Positions 21,101 through 31,580 of a stretch of 64,000 bases of DNA are shown in pieces. The stretch lies in assembly GCA_965198115.1 (NCBI GenBank), contig OZ240241.1:2400001-2464000 (forward strand). Direction: 5' to 3'. The notes below the pieces were generated by a model. It worked only from the letters and a program-made list of their open reading frames with translations. It did not search any database and was not told the DNA's origin. The DNA is from Candidatus Latescibacterota bacterium (GTDB lineage: Bacteria > Latescibacterota > UBA2968). Each line of letters begins with the position of its first letter. Positions within the stretch are counted from its first letter, which is position 1. A program made the position numbers and the translations under genes.

Positions 21101-22563
21101 CCATCGTAGCGGCTGGCCGCCGCCCTCCCGTCCCGGCTGCCGGCCACCCAGAAAGTGCCGTCAGCCGGCCGATAGACCACCCCAACTTTTCCTTTGCCAC
21201 TGATAGCTGGTGCAATCGACAGGCGCTGGAGACCGATGTCCGATGCTGTGTGGGTTTCCCACCGACCTGCCACGTATCTGCACCATCCTCTTGATTGAGC
21301 CGCGAGGAACCATACGGAGCCGTCGTCAGTGGCTGTCATCGCCACGTAGGGCGGGTCGAGCAGTCCTTCCATGGGTCCGTAGAGCACCCAGTTCCGGCCG
21401 TCGTAGCGAACCGGACCGTTGTCGGTCACGAACCACGTAGAACCATCCGGTGTGCCATGACCGCCTTTCAACGAACGACTTAAATGGAATCGCGTTCGGA
21501 GATGCTCCCCAACCCGAATCCGGTGTGCGAGAGGTCTTCTCCACGGGAATAGCCACACCGAGCCGCTGCGGCCTACCCGGACGAAGACGCTACCACTTTG
21601 CTTTAGGGCCGAATCCACGGCACGCCAGCCCTCGCCAGTAAAGGTCACAATGTCGCCGTTGCGACTGGCCGACCAGATCCGCCTGTCCGGCGTCTCCCAG
21701 ATAGAGACGTGGACTGCATCCGTGAGGCCATCTGCAGGCCGGTATACAGTCCATCTATCATCCTTATACCGAACGATGGCCGGGACGTCCCAGGCGGTGG
21801 CCCAAACCGACCCATCTGACGTTTGAACGACCTCGACGTAGCTGAGACCCGGAAGGCCTTGCTCCAGACCGAGTACCGTCCATTCGCCTTCACGATAGCG
21901 TAGCAGCCCCTGCCCAAATGAGGCAATCCAGAGGGACCCGTCTGTCGCCTCGGTCAGAGACCTCACAGCGAGCGTATCCGTCGGGGTCTCCACCACAGAC
22001 CATCTGCGTCCGTCAAATTTACTCAGACCCCCGGCACCCCCTTGAAGGGACCGGAATCCTGCCCACAGACCTCTCTCCCCCGACAGCTTGAGACTTCGCC
22101 CCGAGATGAAATCGTCCGGCAGACCGTCCTTCACGGTGTAGGTGCGGACACTGTCGGCCAGCATCCGAGTGATGCCACCACCGAGTGTCCCGAACCACAT
22201 TGCGCCGTCTGGCGTCTGGGTGATGGTGCGAATCGGACTGGTTTGGGACGGGTCACGAGTGTGGTCGGCACCCAGGCCAGCACCCAGGCCATCTTCGCTG
22301 GTGAAGATCCGGTAGTGCGTGCCGTCGTATCGGACGGCTCCCGCGTCCGATGCAAACCACATATTGCCTTCACGGTCTTCAAAGATATCGCGGACCGGAC
22401 TTGGCAGGTTGAACTCGGTCCATCGCCAGGTTTCGGACAGCGGTTCGGGCTGTGGTGCGACTGTGAGGGTGTCCAGGGCGTAGGCCGGGACCGTCAGCAG
22501 CAGGCAGACTCCTACACGCAGAGCGCTACGGAGTCCAGAGAGGATGGAGGTAGGGATGCACAT
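18136..22563 (-). CDS. Membrane sensor histidine kinase with two-component-regulator beta-propeller, Y_Y_Y-like and GAF-like domains, HisKA and HATPase_c; split by two frameshifts (~20900, ~19590)
   Basis: Signal peptide; repeats DGxMWFG/EDGL; TM VVAGPGLLLIIAVLF; H box FLASMSHELRTPMNAI, N box NLLSNAIKFT, G1 DTGKGI, G2 GTGLGL. Confidence 0.92.
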
Positions 22564-22570
22564 TGTGACC

Positions 22571-22599
22571 AAGATGTGGTTCTATCGATGAGCGTGCAA
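22571..22599 (-). promoter_or_regulatory. Sigma70-type promoter TTGCAC-17-CATCTT, 7 nt before the HK ATG (probably leaderless)
   Basis: Canonical spacing; no RBS; architecture repeated at 34628-34656, 44207-44235 and 53232-53260. Confidence 0.65.
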
Positions 22600-22856
22600 G
22601 CAAGGCTGATTGGGGCGAATAAGCCAGCGACAGCTTCACAGAACGAGATCACAACGGTAGAACGTTGAGGATTTGCAGTCGAGGGAGATACCTGAATGAT
22701 CTGTTCAGGCATCGGAAAGGACGTAGAGGATCAACCTGTTGATTTTCCTAGGACTTCGTATTCGCCCCCTCACGGCACGGTGTTTGCCCTTGACACAGGT
22801 GGTTGAATTCACCCACTGGGTGAGCTACTTTACTGCAAGTCAGGAGAGGACGGAGA

Positions 22857-23144
22857 ATGGCCGAAGAACTTGGAACGAAAGACGTACTCGAGCAGGTTCA
22901 CACCCGCTTGGGGACGCTCGAACAGGACGTGAGAGCGCTGGATACTAAATTCGATGCTCGTTTCGACCGTCTCATCGCTACGATGGACGCACGCTTTGTC
23001 GTCGTCGGCACTGAGATCCGAGAGTTGCGTTCGGACGTAAACGGTCGGCTCGACAAGACGGTCCGCTGGCTCATCGGACTCTTCTTTGCGGGTTGGTTGT
23101 CCCTGGTTGGTGCGATGGCCTCCATCTGGCTCAAGCTTCCGTAG
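22857..23144 (+). CDS. Small coiled-coil protein with C-terminal TM helix (DUF1640/CCDC90-like)
   Basis: Heptad pattern LDTKFDARFD…MDARF; hydrophobic tail; RBS GGAG. Confidence 0.7.
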   Translation: MAEELGTKDVLEQVHTRLGTLEQDVRALDTKFDARFDRLIATMDARFVVVGTEIRELRSDVNGRLDKTVRWLIGLFFAGWLSLVGAMASIWLKLP

Positions 23145-23409
23145 TACGCTTTAGCCCACAGGATTTGTCCCACCTGCCAGCCACCCAACTTCCATCCGCA
23201 TCGAAGCCGCCAATCAACTCAGTCTCCTCCTCGCTTAGCCATCCGCCCCTCGATACTCCACGAGAACCGCTTCCCAGACGAATCCACCATTGTTGCCCCT
23301 CATGATGCGCCCTATCTTGATCGCTGTCGGATCCATGTCATCCGGAAATCGGGGCGATGAGCTTTGACGCCACCGTTCCCTGCCCTCCTTCTCCCGAAAG
23401 ATGTAAAGC

Positions 23410-24285
23410 ATGCCGCCTATCATTCCTGATCCAACGCACAAGCTGTCGGCTGAACAGCAGTACGAGTTCGACGTCAACGGCTATATCATCCTGAGGAATC
23501 ACTACGATGCGGACACCGTGGCGCAACTTCACGAAGGTATCGACGAACTGCAGGCCATTCCCGTCGACTACGAAACCTACAGGAAGATAGGCGTCGCCAG
23601 CTACTATCTCGCACCAGCGATGAAGGATCCGGCACACGACTTCTGGAACGGCAAACACCCGGAAGCCAGCCAGGAGACTGGAGGCGTCTGGAAGGTTGAA
23701 CACGCGATCTGCGGCACGGACAAATTCGACGTCATTGTACGCGATCCCATCCTCGAGGACATCCACTCAGCCCTCGCCTGGAGCACCCTATTCATCTCCG
23801 CCACCTACTACATCGAGAAGATCGGGCCTGCTCCACCCGGCGGGCTCCACAACGGCGGCTCACCCCCCGACAGACACATCTACTACGCCTACGATCGGGC
23901 GAATCAACAATTCAATTGCTGCAGCACAAAAAGCGTCGTCATTCTTTCCGACATGTCAAAAGTCGAGAACGGCCCTTTCGCAGCCGTACCGGGCAGCCAC
24001 AAGGCGAACTTCGCTTTTCCCTTCGACAAGTCAGATCCCGCGAAGAATCCAATGGCTGTGCCCGTTCTTGCGGAGCCCGGGGATGTGATCATTTTCAGCG
24101 AGGGCATGACACACGGCGCCTATGCCGTGACCAACAACACGGTTCGCCGGTCCGTCTTTTTCTGCTACATGCCCTCCATCAACCGCGACAACCTGCCGCA
24201 CCAGCGCATGTCCATGTATCCCGATCACGTGCTCGATCGTCTCAGCGACATGTCGCACATCCTGACATCTTCCGGATATATCTGA
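23410..24285 (+). CDS. PhyH-family dioxygenase
   Basis: FDVNGYIILRN, LHNGG, GPFAAVPGSHK, EPGDVIIFSEGMTHG…RRSVF. Confidence 0.9.
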   Translation: MPPIIPDPTHKLSAEQQYEFDVNGYIILRNHYDADTVAQLHEGIDELQAIPVDYETYRKIGVASYYLAPAMKDPAHDFWNGKHPEASQETGGVWKVEHAICGTDKFDVIVRDPILEDIHSALAWSTLFISATYYIEKIGPAPPGGLHNGGSPPDRHIYYAYDRANQQFNCCSTKSVVILSDMSKVENGPFAAVPGSHKANFAFPFDKSDPAKNPMAVPVLAEPGDVIIFSEGMTHGAYAVTNNTVRRSVFFCYMPSINRDNLPHQRMSMYPDHVLDRLSDMSHILTSSGYI

Positions 24286-24445
24286 TTGTTCCCGGGGACG
24301 GCGCCGTAGCGGCTGCTGGCGCTTCAGGCAGAAAGAGTTCTCTGAGTTTTGCGCTGGAAGAACCTCGAGGTTTCTTCGCTGACAAAGGAAGGGCAGAATT
24401 ACCAATTTAGAAAGGGAAATATCCGGTTAACAAAGCACATTTGAC

Positions 24446-24619
24446 CTAATGGCACACATCAGAACGGTGGTCTTTCGTCCTTCTTTGGGCCGGCCGCCGT
24501 TTTTTTGCCTTCCGCTTCTTCGGCTTGAACCTCGGGGGCGGCTCAGTCGTCAATGCCGTCCGCAATACCTCCACGGGGTCCAGTTCCTGCTTGTCCTTGT
24601 CCTTGTCCTTCTTCTTCAC
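24446..24619 (-). CDS. Small basic passenger ORF (57 aa)
   Basis: GTG start; MKKKDKDKDKQELDPVEVLRTALTTEPPPRFKPKKRK…; next to the TIR. Confidence 0.45.
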   Translation of the reverse strand: MKKKDKDKDKQELDPVEVLRTALTTEPPPRFKPKKRKAKKRRPAQRRTKDHRSDVCH

Positions 24620-24644
24620 TACCTACCCCCGCTCACGGGAAAAG

Positions 24645-24674
24645 TTGACATGAATACAGACATGGTGTTATACT
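24645..24674 (+). promoter_or_regulatory. Sigma70 promoter TTGACA-18-TATACT with extended -10
   Basis: Near-consensus hexamers upstream of the 24761 ORF and the tRNA-like gene. Confidence 0.7.
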
Positions 24675-24760
24675 CTGGTCAGAGGCTATTCTACAACTCA
24701 ACTCCCCTCTCACATCCCGTAGTCTATTCCGTTCCATGTCCTCACATTTTGAGGTGGACC

Positions 24761-25234
24761 ATGCCTGACGATCCTTTCCTTGAAACTATGCGGGCAGAAG
24801 AGCGCAAGCTGCTTAAACGAGCTGCGATTCTGCGCAAAACCATCTTGGAATATGAAATCGAGAGCAACGGCGAAGCGACGGAACAAAAGGCGCCAACCAA
24901 AAAGCTCAGAGTCCAGCGGCTGAAGAAGCGACAGCTGCCCAAACCATCGGGTTTGAAATCCGTCGATGGTAAACGGACCCTCAGTCCCCTAACCGCTGGA
25001 ATCCTTGCGGCTCTTGAAGAACTGGAACACCCGTCGGCTCTCGCGGTCATTTACGAGGTGCTCAAGAGAAAAGGCGTCTCGATGCTCGGTGACACTGACT
25101 CGGAGAAGCGCGCCAAACTGGCGTCAAGACTCTCGAATCTGAAATATCAGAAAACGCATGTCTATAGGACGGACAAGAAATTGTGGGGCCTCGAAGCGTG
25201 GCGCCACAACGAAAACGGCCCCTCAAACCGATAG
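24761..25234 (+). CDS. Passenger protein, N-terminal coiled coil plus putative winged-helix DNA-binding domain
   Basis: RBS GAGG before MPDDPF; ILAALEE…IYEVLKRKG…LASRLS…WGL pattern. Confidence 0.6.
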   Translation: MPDDPFLETMRAEERKLLKRAAILRKTILEYEIESNGEATEQKAPTKKLRVQRLKKRQLPKPSGLKSVDGKRTLSPLTAGILAALEELEHPSALAVIYEVLKRKGVSMLGDTDSEKRAKLASRLSNLKYQKTHVYRTDKKLWGLEAWRHNENGPSNR

Positions 25235-25265
25235 CGCGGTTCAGGAGCCGTTTTCAAACCAGAGC

Positions 25266-25341
25266 GGGAGGGTCGTCTAACTGGTTAGGATAGTCGGGTT
25301 TGCACCGACTGGACTGGGTTCGAGTCCTGGCCCTCCCGCCA
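25266..25341 (+). tRNA. tRNA-like gene (anticodon position UUG, Gln-like) with a non-canonical anticodon loop
   Basis: Acceptor GGGAGGG/CCCTCCC plus G-CCA, D arm with GG, anticodon stem GTCGG/CCGAC with loop GTTTGCA, T loop TTCGAGT; 76 nt. Confidence 0.75.
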
Positions 25342-25883
25342 AACACCAACCCTACACGCGAACTGAGAAGCCCACGTAGACATAGAATAACTATCGTGTC
25401 AATCAAAGTCAAGAAAGGATAACCGCCAATGAAATAAAGTACTTATAAAACATGCACTTAGAATCTGAGAATGACGCCCGGCGATCACCTTGAACCCGTC
25501 GCGTGAAGTGAGACGGAACTAAGTCTCAGCTTGAAAGGAGGGTGGTGCCCTATGGCTTGCCGTAAGGTGCGTTCTGGCACGCGGCGTGGCCGGAGGACCG
25601 TCCGGGTTGATGGCCACACGCGTAGGAAGCCCAAGCCCATTCCCGGCCGTAGGTGCCGGTAGTGTAGGCCCGTAGGACAATTCCTGCCGGGCGCCATTCT
25701 CAAAAAAGAGTGAAGCACCACCCGGACTGCGTAACCACAACCCTTTCCGATAGGAGGACGACATGAAACACCGGTGTCGTTCACCACCCAGGGTCGTTCG
25801 TTGTAGTCTGAGACACCCGTCAATGTGATCCCTGACAAATGCAGCGGGTGGTGCGTCACTTCTTTTTCTTCTTCCTCCGTTTC

Positions 25884-26822
25884 TTAGGCCGCCGCTTTAG
25901 GTCTTGCAAGCATCAGCCTCTTGCCCTCGGATTGCGCAATCGCCAGATCGCGACGCGCACCATCGGAGAGCTTGCGCGTGTTCCACCGGAACGTGGCCTC
26001 GGCCAGATACCGGTGCATGTGGTGACGGCTGTACGAATGATGGATGCCATAGTGCCCGCGTTTGACGAGCGAGATAAAGCACTCGGCTAAGTTCGTCGTG
26101 ACCTTCAGGCCGTCCAACGCTTCGCGCACGTACTGTCCGTCCTTGTGTCGTATGACTTCGTGGCGCTGGCGCTGACTGACCTTTCGATAACCGGACCATT
26201 CGTCGGTAACGACCGTCGCGTCCTTGCGAACGTGACGCTTGATGTTCTCCGTGAGTGTCCTTTGGTCTACCCTGTCAACGTGAGTGGCAACGGCGCGTCC
26301 ATCACGCTCAACGAGGACGGCAACAGGGGACTTCAGTGTATTACGACCGAAGCGCGATTTGTCACCCGTCTTCTGGCTTTGGTGTAGGTTCTTCGCATTG
26401 GCGCCGATGTAGGCTTCATCGCCCTCAACAACACCGCCTAAGTTTCCCACTGTCTGATTCATCGCCCACCTGACACGATGCGCCAAGTGTAGCGCCGTCT
26501 CGTATGATCCCAACCCCAACTCCCTCTGGAGCTGTTTGGCGGAAACGCCCTTCTTGCTACTGCTCATAAGATGAAAGGCCGTCGCCCACTTGCGCAGAGA
26601 AATTTTTGACCGCTCCATTACCGTGTTGACTGTGACCGTGTAACTCTGGCGACAGTCGCCGTTGTTGCACTGAATTAAGCCGGGACGGTGGCTCTTGCCC
26701 TGTAAGCGTGTGAAGTTCATACTGCCACAGTGAGGGCACACCGGGCCATCCGGCCATCTGATTCTCTCAAAGTGCGCTCGGGCTTCTTCTTCGGTCATGC
26801 TGGCGATCTCAAGCAGGGTCAT
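25884..26822 (-). CDS. IS1595-family DDE transposase
   Basis: RWPDGPVCPHCG zinc ribbon, VEGDEAYIG, TDEWSGY, TTNLAE, HRYLAE..FRWN. Confidence 0.95.
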   Translation of the reverse strand: MTLLEIASMTEEEARAHFERIRWPDGPVCPHCGSMNFTRLQGKSHRPGLIQCNNGDCRQSYTVTVNTVMERSKISLRKWATAFHLMSSSKKGVSAKQLQRELGLGSYETALHLAHRVRWAMNQTVGNLGGVVEGDEAYIGANAKNLHQSQKTGDKSRFGRNTLKSPVAVLVERDGRAVATHVDRVDQRTLTENIKRHVRKDATVVTDEWSGYRKVSQRQRHEVIRHKDGQYVREALDGLKVTTNLAECFISLVKRGHYGIHHSYSRHHMHRYLAEATFRWNTRKLSDGARRDLAIAQSEGKRLMLARPKAAA

Positions 26823-27286
26823 TGGTCAGTCTCCGGTTTCGGCGCCTTATTTCTCTGTAACTAACTCTAAGATAACTAATTAACCCTGCTTTGTCAACCG
26901 GATACTTCCCTTTAGAAAATTGGAAAGCGGGGATCAGCACCCGTTCGATCCGATGTATGATGCAGAACCGATCACGCTTCACGTAGCTGGATCAGCAGTA
27001 ACGATGGGTTTCGGGCAACCACAAGCGTTGCATAGGCGTGGGCTCCCTCGGGGTCGCATGAAATGGAGAACTCACCGATGTGAGTAGCCCCTCTGGTTCG
27101 ACGCCAGCAGGGGCATTTCTCTTTGGGCATCCGGATCTCGCTGACGACCTGCACCAGGGGCTACAACGCTCTACATCTCGCTTGGAGTTGATCTCTTTGC
27201 GCGATCAAGATACGGAAGGCGACGGATGATGGAGCTCGATGAAATCGGCGGGTCCTCCGTCTGACGTCAGAACAGGAGCAACTGCG

Positions 27287-28644
27287 ATGAAATTATGGAT
27301 GGACGTCATGCGGGACCTGGAGAGCGTGATGAACGATCACGAGCGCATCCTCGATGCCTGGAGTGAAGGCGGCGTGGATAGCGTCGTCTTCGGGCCTCTG
27401 ACGTTCGGCACGTCCAAGCTTTCCAAGGACGCCAGGGCCGCCCCCACGGGTGACGTGGTGGCCGAGGCCTACGACCCCAACCCGGCGATCTACGAGCGTC
27501 TGGGTGTGGAACCGCCGAGGCCGCCCGAGCACAAGCTGCCCCAAAAGCGAGCTCTGCTGGAAAAGACGATGATCGCCGCCAAGGATCGAGGCATGCAGGT
27601 CTATTGCATGTACGCCGATGGCCCAGGCGGCGACGGACACCACCTGCACGACGACAGACGCTGGCCTCACGCGTGGCGCGTATGGTAGACACCCTCGAGC
27701 ACTTTCCAATGGCCGACGGCGCCGTCATGGACGAGCCCGAATAGGGCTACGAGATGGCGCCCCACCACATGAACCACCGCTCCTATTTCTTCGACGATCT
27801 GCCCGAGTCGGTAGCGCCTCTCGCGAAGGACCTGGGCTACGATTACCCGGCCATGGTGGCCGCCGGGGAACGACTGCTGGACCTGTTCCACAACCTCGAT
27901 CCCGCACGCATTCGCGCCCACGCCCGCGGCGGCCTCGTGGGTGCCCATCGCATGCTCGGCGCCGACCCCGACCTGATGGCGTGGTTGTCCTTCCGCGTCG
28001 ACTCGCTGACCCGCTACTACCGGCGCATCCGCGAGGGTGTGGCGGCCGAACTCGACCGTCCGATACGACTCGGCTGTGGACCGCGATCGGCGGCCTTCGC
28101 CCCATTGTGCGGCTACGACTTCGTCGAACTGGCGCAATTCATGGATTTCCTGCTGCCCAAGCACTACTTCTTCCATCGCGGCTTCGACGGCTTCGTAGGC
28201 ACGGTCTACCGCTACTCGCAGACGCTCATCGAGTGGAACCCCGGCCTGACGGTGGCCGACACGCTCGAAGTCGTGCAGTCGCTGTTCGGCATCATCCTGC
28301 CCGGCGTCGAGGACAGGCTCGACTTCGAGAGTGCCCTGACACCCGAGTTCTTCGAGCAGGTCGTCACCCAGGAGACCCGCCGCGCTCTCGCCGCCGTCGA
28401 CGACCCGGAGCGTATCGTGCCCTGGCTCGACACCGGCCGCTTCCCACACGATGGCGACCCCATGTCGTCACGCGACCTGAAGATGCTGCTGGATGCGGCC
28501 GAAGACGCGGGCCTGAAGCGCTTCAACTACCACCACCAGGGCAACCTGAGCGCCGGCGAGTGGGTGGTGATCAGCGACAAGTGCGGCACGCGCTGGGACC
28601 CACGCACCAGCGACTGGGAGCCCACCGACGACCTGGTGCTGTAG
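27287..28644 (+). pseudogene. Hypothetical (TIM-barrel/glycoside-hydrolase-like) protein with frameshift(s) and an in-frame TAG
   Basis: RBS AGGAG; coding pattern runs across frames; DEPE*GYE with TAG at 27742-27744. Confidence 0.6.
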
Positions 28645-28717
28645 AACGGCCTTGCCGATCTGCAACCCAGCCGTGAACCAGATTCAGAGCACGTAGACCC
28701 ACACGATGAGGTGAGCA

Positions 28718-29649
28718 ATGCAGCAGCGATTCACGAGGACACCGTACTACACCGGGCCCGATGATCCGGAGATCGGTGAAGTCAGGGGGCCGCTCCAACT
28801 CGGCGAGACGGTGATCATCGAAACAGTCGGCGGGCACGACCAGGATTACGAGAACAACCACGAGCATCGCGCCGGCGCGGTAATGGAGGTGAAGGAGCCG
28901 CGCTTCTCCAGACCCGGGGGACCGTTCTTCATCGAGGGCATCGAGCCGGGGGACTGGGTGTCGCTCGAGATCGCCGATATCGAGCCCGGACCGTATGGTT
29001 TCTATCGCAACGGCGGTCCTCACTGGGGGAGTCTACGGCTGGTGGCACCGGTTCGGGATGGCCTCGTCCACTTTCCGCCGGACTTCGTCGTGCCCGTGCG
29101 GCCGATGATCGGCTACATCACACTCGAATCCGTGGCGCCTCACCAGATCGATCACGGCGGCAACACGGACTTCAACTCCTATCAGGCCGGCAGCACGGTT
29201 CACATCAGGGCACAGAAGCCGGGTGGGCTGCTGACGTTGACAGACGTCCACGCCCGCATGGGAGACGGTGAGCTCACCGCCACGGGTGTGGAGATCGATT
29301 CGGCCGTCACCCTCAAGGTCGACCGCTCACGTGGGTTTCCCTGCAGCAGTCCAGTGGTCGAGAAAACGAGGCACGTCGAGGGGTCAGAGGAGTGGCTGAC
29401 CAGCGGCCGCGGGGCCGGGTGGGAGGAAGCGGTGAAGATCGCCTGGTCGGAGATGGTCGCCCTGATCGCCGACGAGTACGACACCACGGCGGAGTTCGCC
29501 AATCTCATCGTCGGCACGATCGCCGATGCGCGACCCGGATACAGTGCTGGCGCATTGAACCAGCGCGGGCAAAGCGGGAGCCAGTACATGACCTGTCAGC
29601 TGGCCGTCACCAAGGGCTGCACCGCACCGGGGAGCCATACACCGACTGA
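28718..29649 (+). CDS. Acetamidase/formamidase-family protein; probable frameshift near 29615
   Basis: GPFFIEGIEPGD, VRPMIG, HGGNTD, DVHARMGDGE. Confidence 0.82.
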
Positions 29650-30306
29650 GATCAGGCTGGAGTCAAGCTTCCGTGTCCACCGTCTCCGGCTGCAAGGCCC
29701 CCCCTGGCCGAAAATCAGAGAAAACGCCTTCCCCTCATCGCTTCTCGTCCGGCCGTCCAGGTAGCTGATGCTGATGGCGCGGCGAGGTTTATCGGTCGGG
29801 TTGACCGCAGAGGTGTGCAGCATTCTGTTGTGCAGGAGGATGGCCTGGCCTGCCGGACACTCCAGAGTTTCCGGTGTGTGTGTGGCAAGCACATCCACAA
29901 CCTTTTTTTGAACAAGGACGTCGTCATTCGGAAATAGATGTTGGGTTCCCGGCAGGACTTTGAGGCAGCCATTGGTGCTGGTCGCATCGTCCAGGGCCAT
30001 CCAGACGGCGGCTTCTGGCGGCCGATCCAACCCGGCGTAGAGATCCCAGTGCCAAGGTAGGACTGTGCCTTGCCGAGCCGGTTTGTTCATGAACATCGCC
30101 CAATAGATTGTGATCGGAACGTCCTTGCCATACGCCCGTTGGCAGACGTGGTGGAAGAGGGGTTTCTGCATATAGGCCAGGTAGAGCGGATCGAATTCGA
30201 GCCCCGTGATTTTGCGATAGGCCCGCGTCGCGCCTTTGTGACCGAGGGTCTGGGGGTCCATGTCTTTGTAAAGCCCGCGGTTGTCTGGACACTCGGGTGA
30301 GTGTAT

Positions 30307-31200
30307 TCAGGCGGCCTTTCGAGTTGCCGTGAGTGCGTTTCTAGCCTGTTCGGGCGTCTTGTAGCCGTGACGTTCGATGATCCACCTGTGGTTGTATCTG
30401 TCCCGAAACTCAAGGAGTGCGAGGCGCAGGTCTTCGATGGTACTGAAGTGTCTAACCCACAGGAGGTTTTCTTTGAGGGTACGGATGAACCGCTCGGCGC
30501 ATCCGTTGCCTTCTGGCTCACGCACGAAACTCGGCGATGTTTGGACGCCGAGGAATGCGATCTCGTTCTGGAAGTCGTCAGAGACGTATTGTGACCCGTG
30601 ATCGTGTCGGAGCTCCAGTCCTTCGGCGATGTTTTCTTCGAAGCCCCCGAAGTGTTCACGGATGCCCTGTCGGATCGGCTCGAGAGCCTCAAAGCGGTTG
30701 GCCGTCTTGGAGGCGTGAATGCCCACACACTCGCACGTGCAGTGGTCGATCGCGATAAACACGGAGGCTCTGCCCTCGTCGACCGTGGGCGTCACAGTCA
30801 GGTCGGTGCCCCACATCTGATCGGGCTTCTCGGTCGTAATCGTGCCATCGTGGGCTCGTCGTTCGCGACGCCGTCCTGGACGCGCCTGGAGCCCGTTTTC
30901 ACGCATCAACCGGCGGACCCGATCCTTTGACGTCCGCATACCGTGAAAGCGAAGCCTGGCCCAGATCTTGCAGTATCCTTCGCCGTGGAAGGGTGACGCG
31001 TCGATCTCCTGCTGAATGAGGGAGACCAATTCCTCATCGGTACCCGCTCCGACCGGGCCTCGCTTCCGGGGTTGCCGAAGATCGGTTACGGATGAACGAC
31101 GAAGCTGGCTGTGCACCGTGGAACGGGGTATCTGCAACACTTTGCACACGCGTTTAATGCTGTAGCGTCTCCCCGTGGAGGGCGAAAGGACCTCACTCAT
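30307..31200 (-). CDS. IS3-family transposase OrfB (rve integrase core)
   Basis: WGTD, DHGSQY, NGCAERF, YNHRW…HGYKTP. Confidence 0.95.
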   Translation of the reverse strand: MSEVLSPSTGRRYSIKRVCKVLQIPRSTVHSQLRRSSVTDLRQPRKRGPVGAGTDEELVSLIQQEIDASPFHGEGYCKIWARLRFHGMRTSKDRVRRLMRENGLQARPGRRRERRAHDGTITTEKPDQMWGTDLTVTPTVDEGRASVFIAIDHCTCECVGIHASKTANRFEALEPIRQGIREHFGGFEENIAEGLELRHDHGSQYVSDDFQNEIAFLGVQTSPSFVREPEGNGCAERFIRTLKENLLWVRHFSTIEDLRLALLEFRDRYNHRWIIERHGYKTPEQARNALTATRKAA

Positions 31201-31580
31201 TTCCGCGACCTCCGATGCGCCAAAGGGCGGCGGGCTTCCAGACGATCGATTCTTTGTTGCAGCAGCTCGTTGTCCATCGTGAGCTCGCCAATCTTCGCCT
31301 GGAGGTCCTTGACCCTCTCGTCACGCTCGTCGCTCGGACGAGAGCGTAGTGCGGCCTGGGCGCCAGAGTGGAACTGATCGCGCCACTCGCTCAATTTAGC
31401 TGCCGTTACTCCCAGATCGCGAGAGACGCTGTCGAGGCTCTCGCCACGCATCACACGTAATACGGCTTCGGCCTTCTTCTTCACGGAGAAACGACCCTGC
31501 GAAGTCGCGCTTGGATCGGCTGGGCCTCCGCTCGCTCTCGCTCGCTCCGCCCCAACCGATCCCCTAGTAGCCTTGTTCAT
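31197..31580 (-). CDS. IS3-family transposase OrfA (HTH)
   Basis: KAEAVLRVMRGE…SRDLGV…WRDQF; ATGA overlap with OrfB. Confidence 0.9.
   Translation of the reverse strand: MNKATRGSVGAERARASGGPADPSATSQGRFSVKKKAEAVLRVMRGESLDSVSRDLGVTAAKLSEWRDQFHSGAQAALRSRPSDERDERVKDLQAKIGELTMDNELLQQRIDRLEARRPLAHRRSRK

Larger units (their letters stand above)
24414..26910 (-). mobile_element. IS1595-family transposon (2497 bp) with passenger genes
   Basis: 23-bp TIRs GGGAAATATCCGGTTAACAAAGC / GGGAAGTATCCGGTTGACAAAGC; 8-bp TSD TTTAGAAA (24406-24413, 26911-26918). Confidence 0.92.

Noticed and set aside
1860-22563. Diversity-generating retroelement TR/VR pairs
   Set aside because: No reverse transcriptase in the window, and differences among tails are not restricted to adenines.
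24449-24760. N-terminal extension of the 261-aa ORF 24449-25234
   Set aside because: It spans a promoter and an antisense small ORF; an RBS supports the start at 24761.
30248-30270. 19-bp target duplication for IS3-like copy 1
   Set aside because: The extra TGTA is the element's own end, as shown by copy 2; the duplication is 15 bp.
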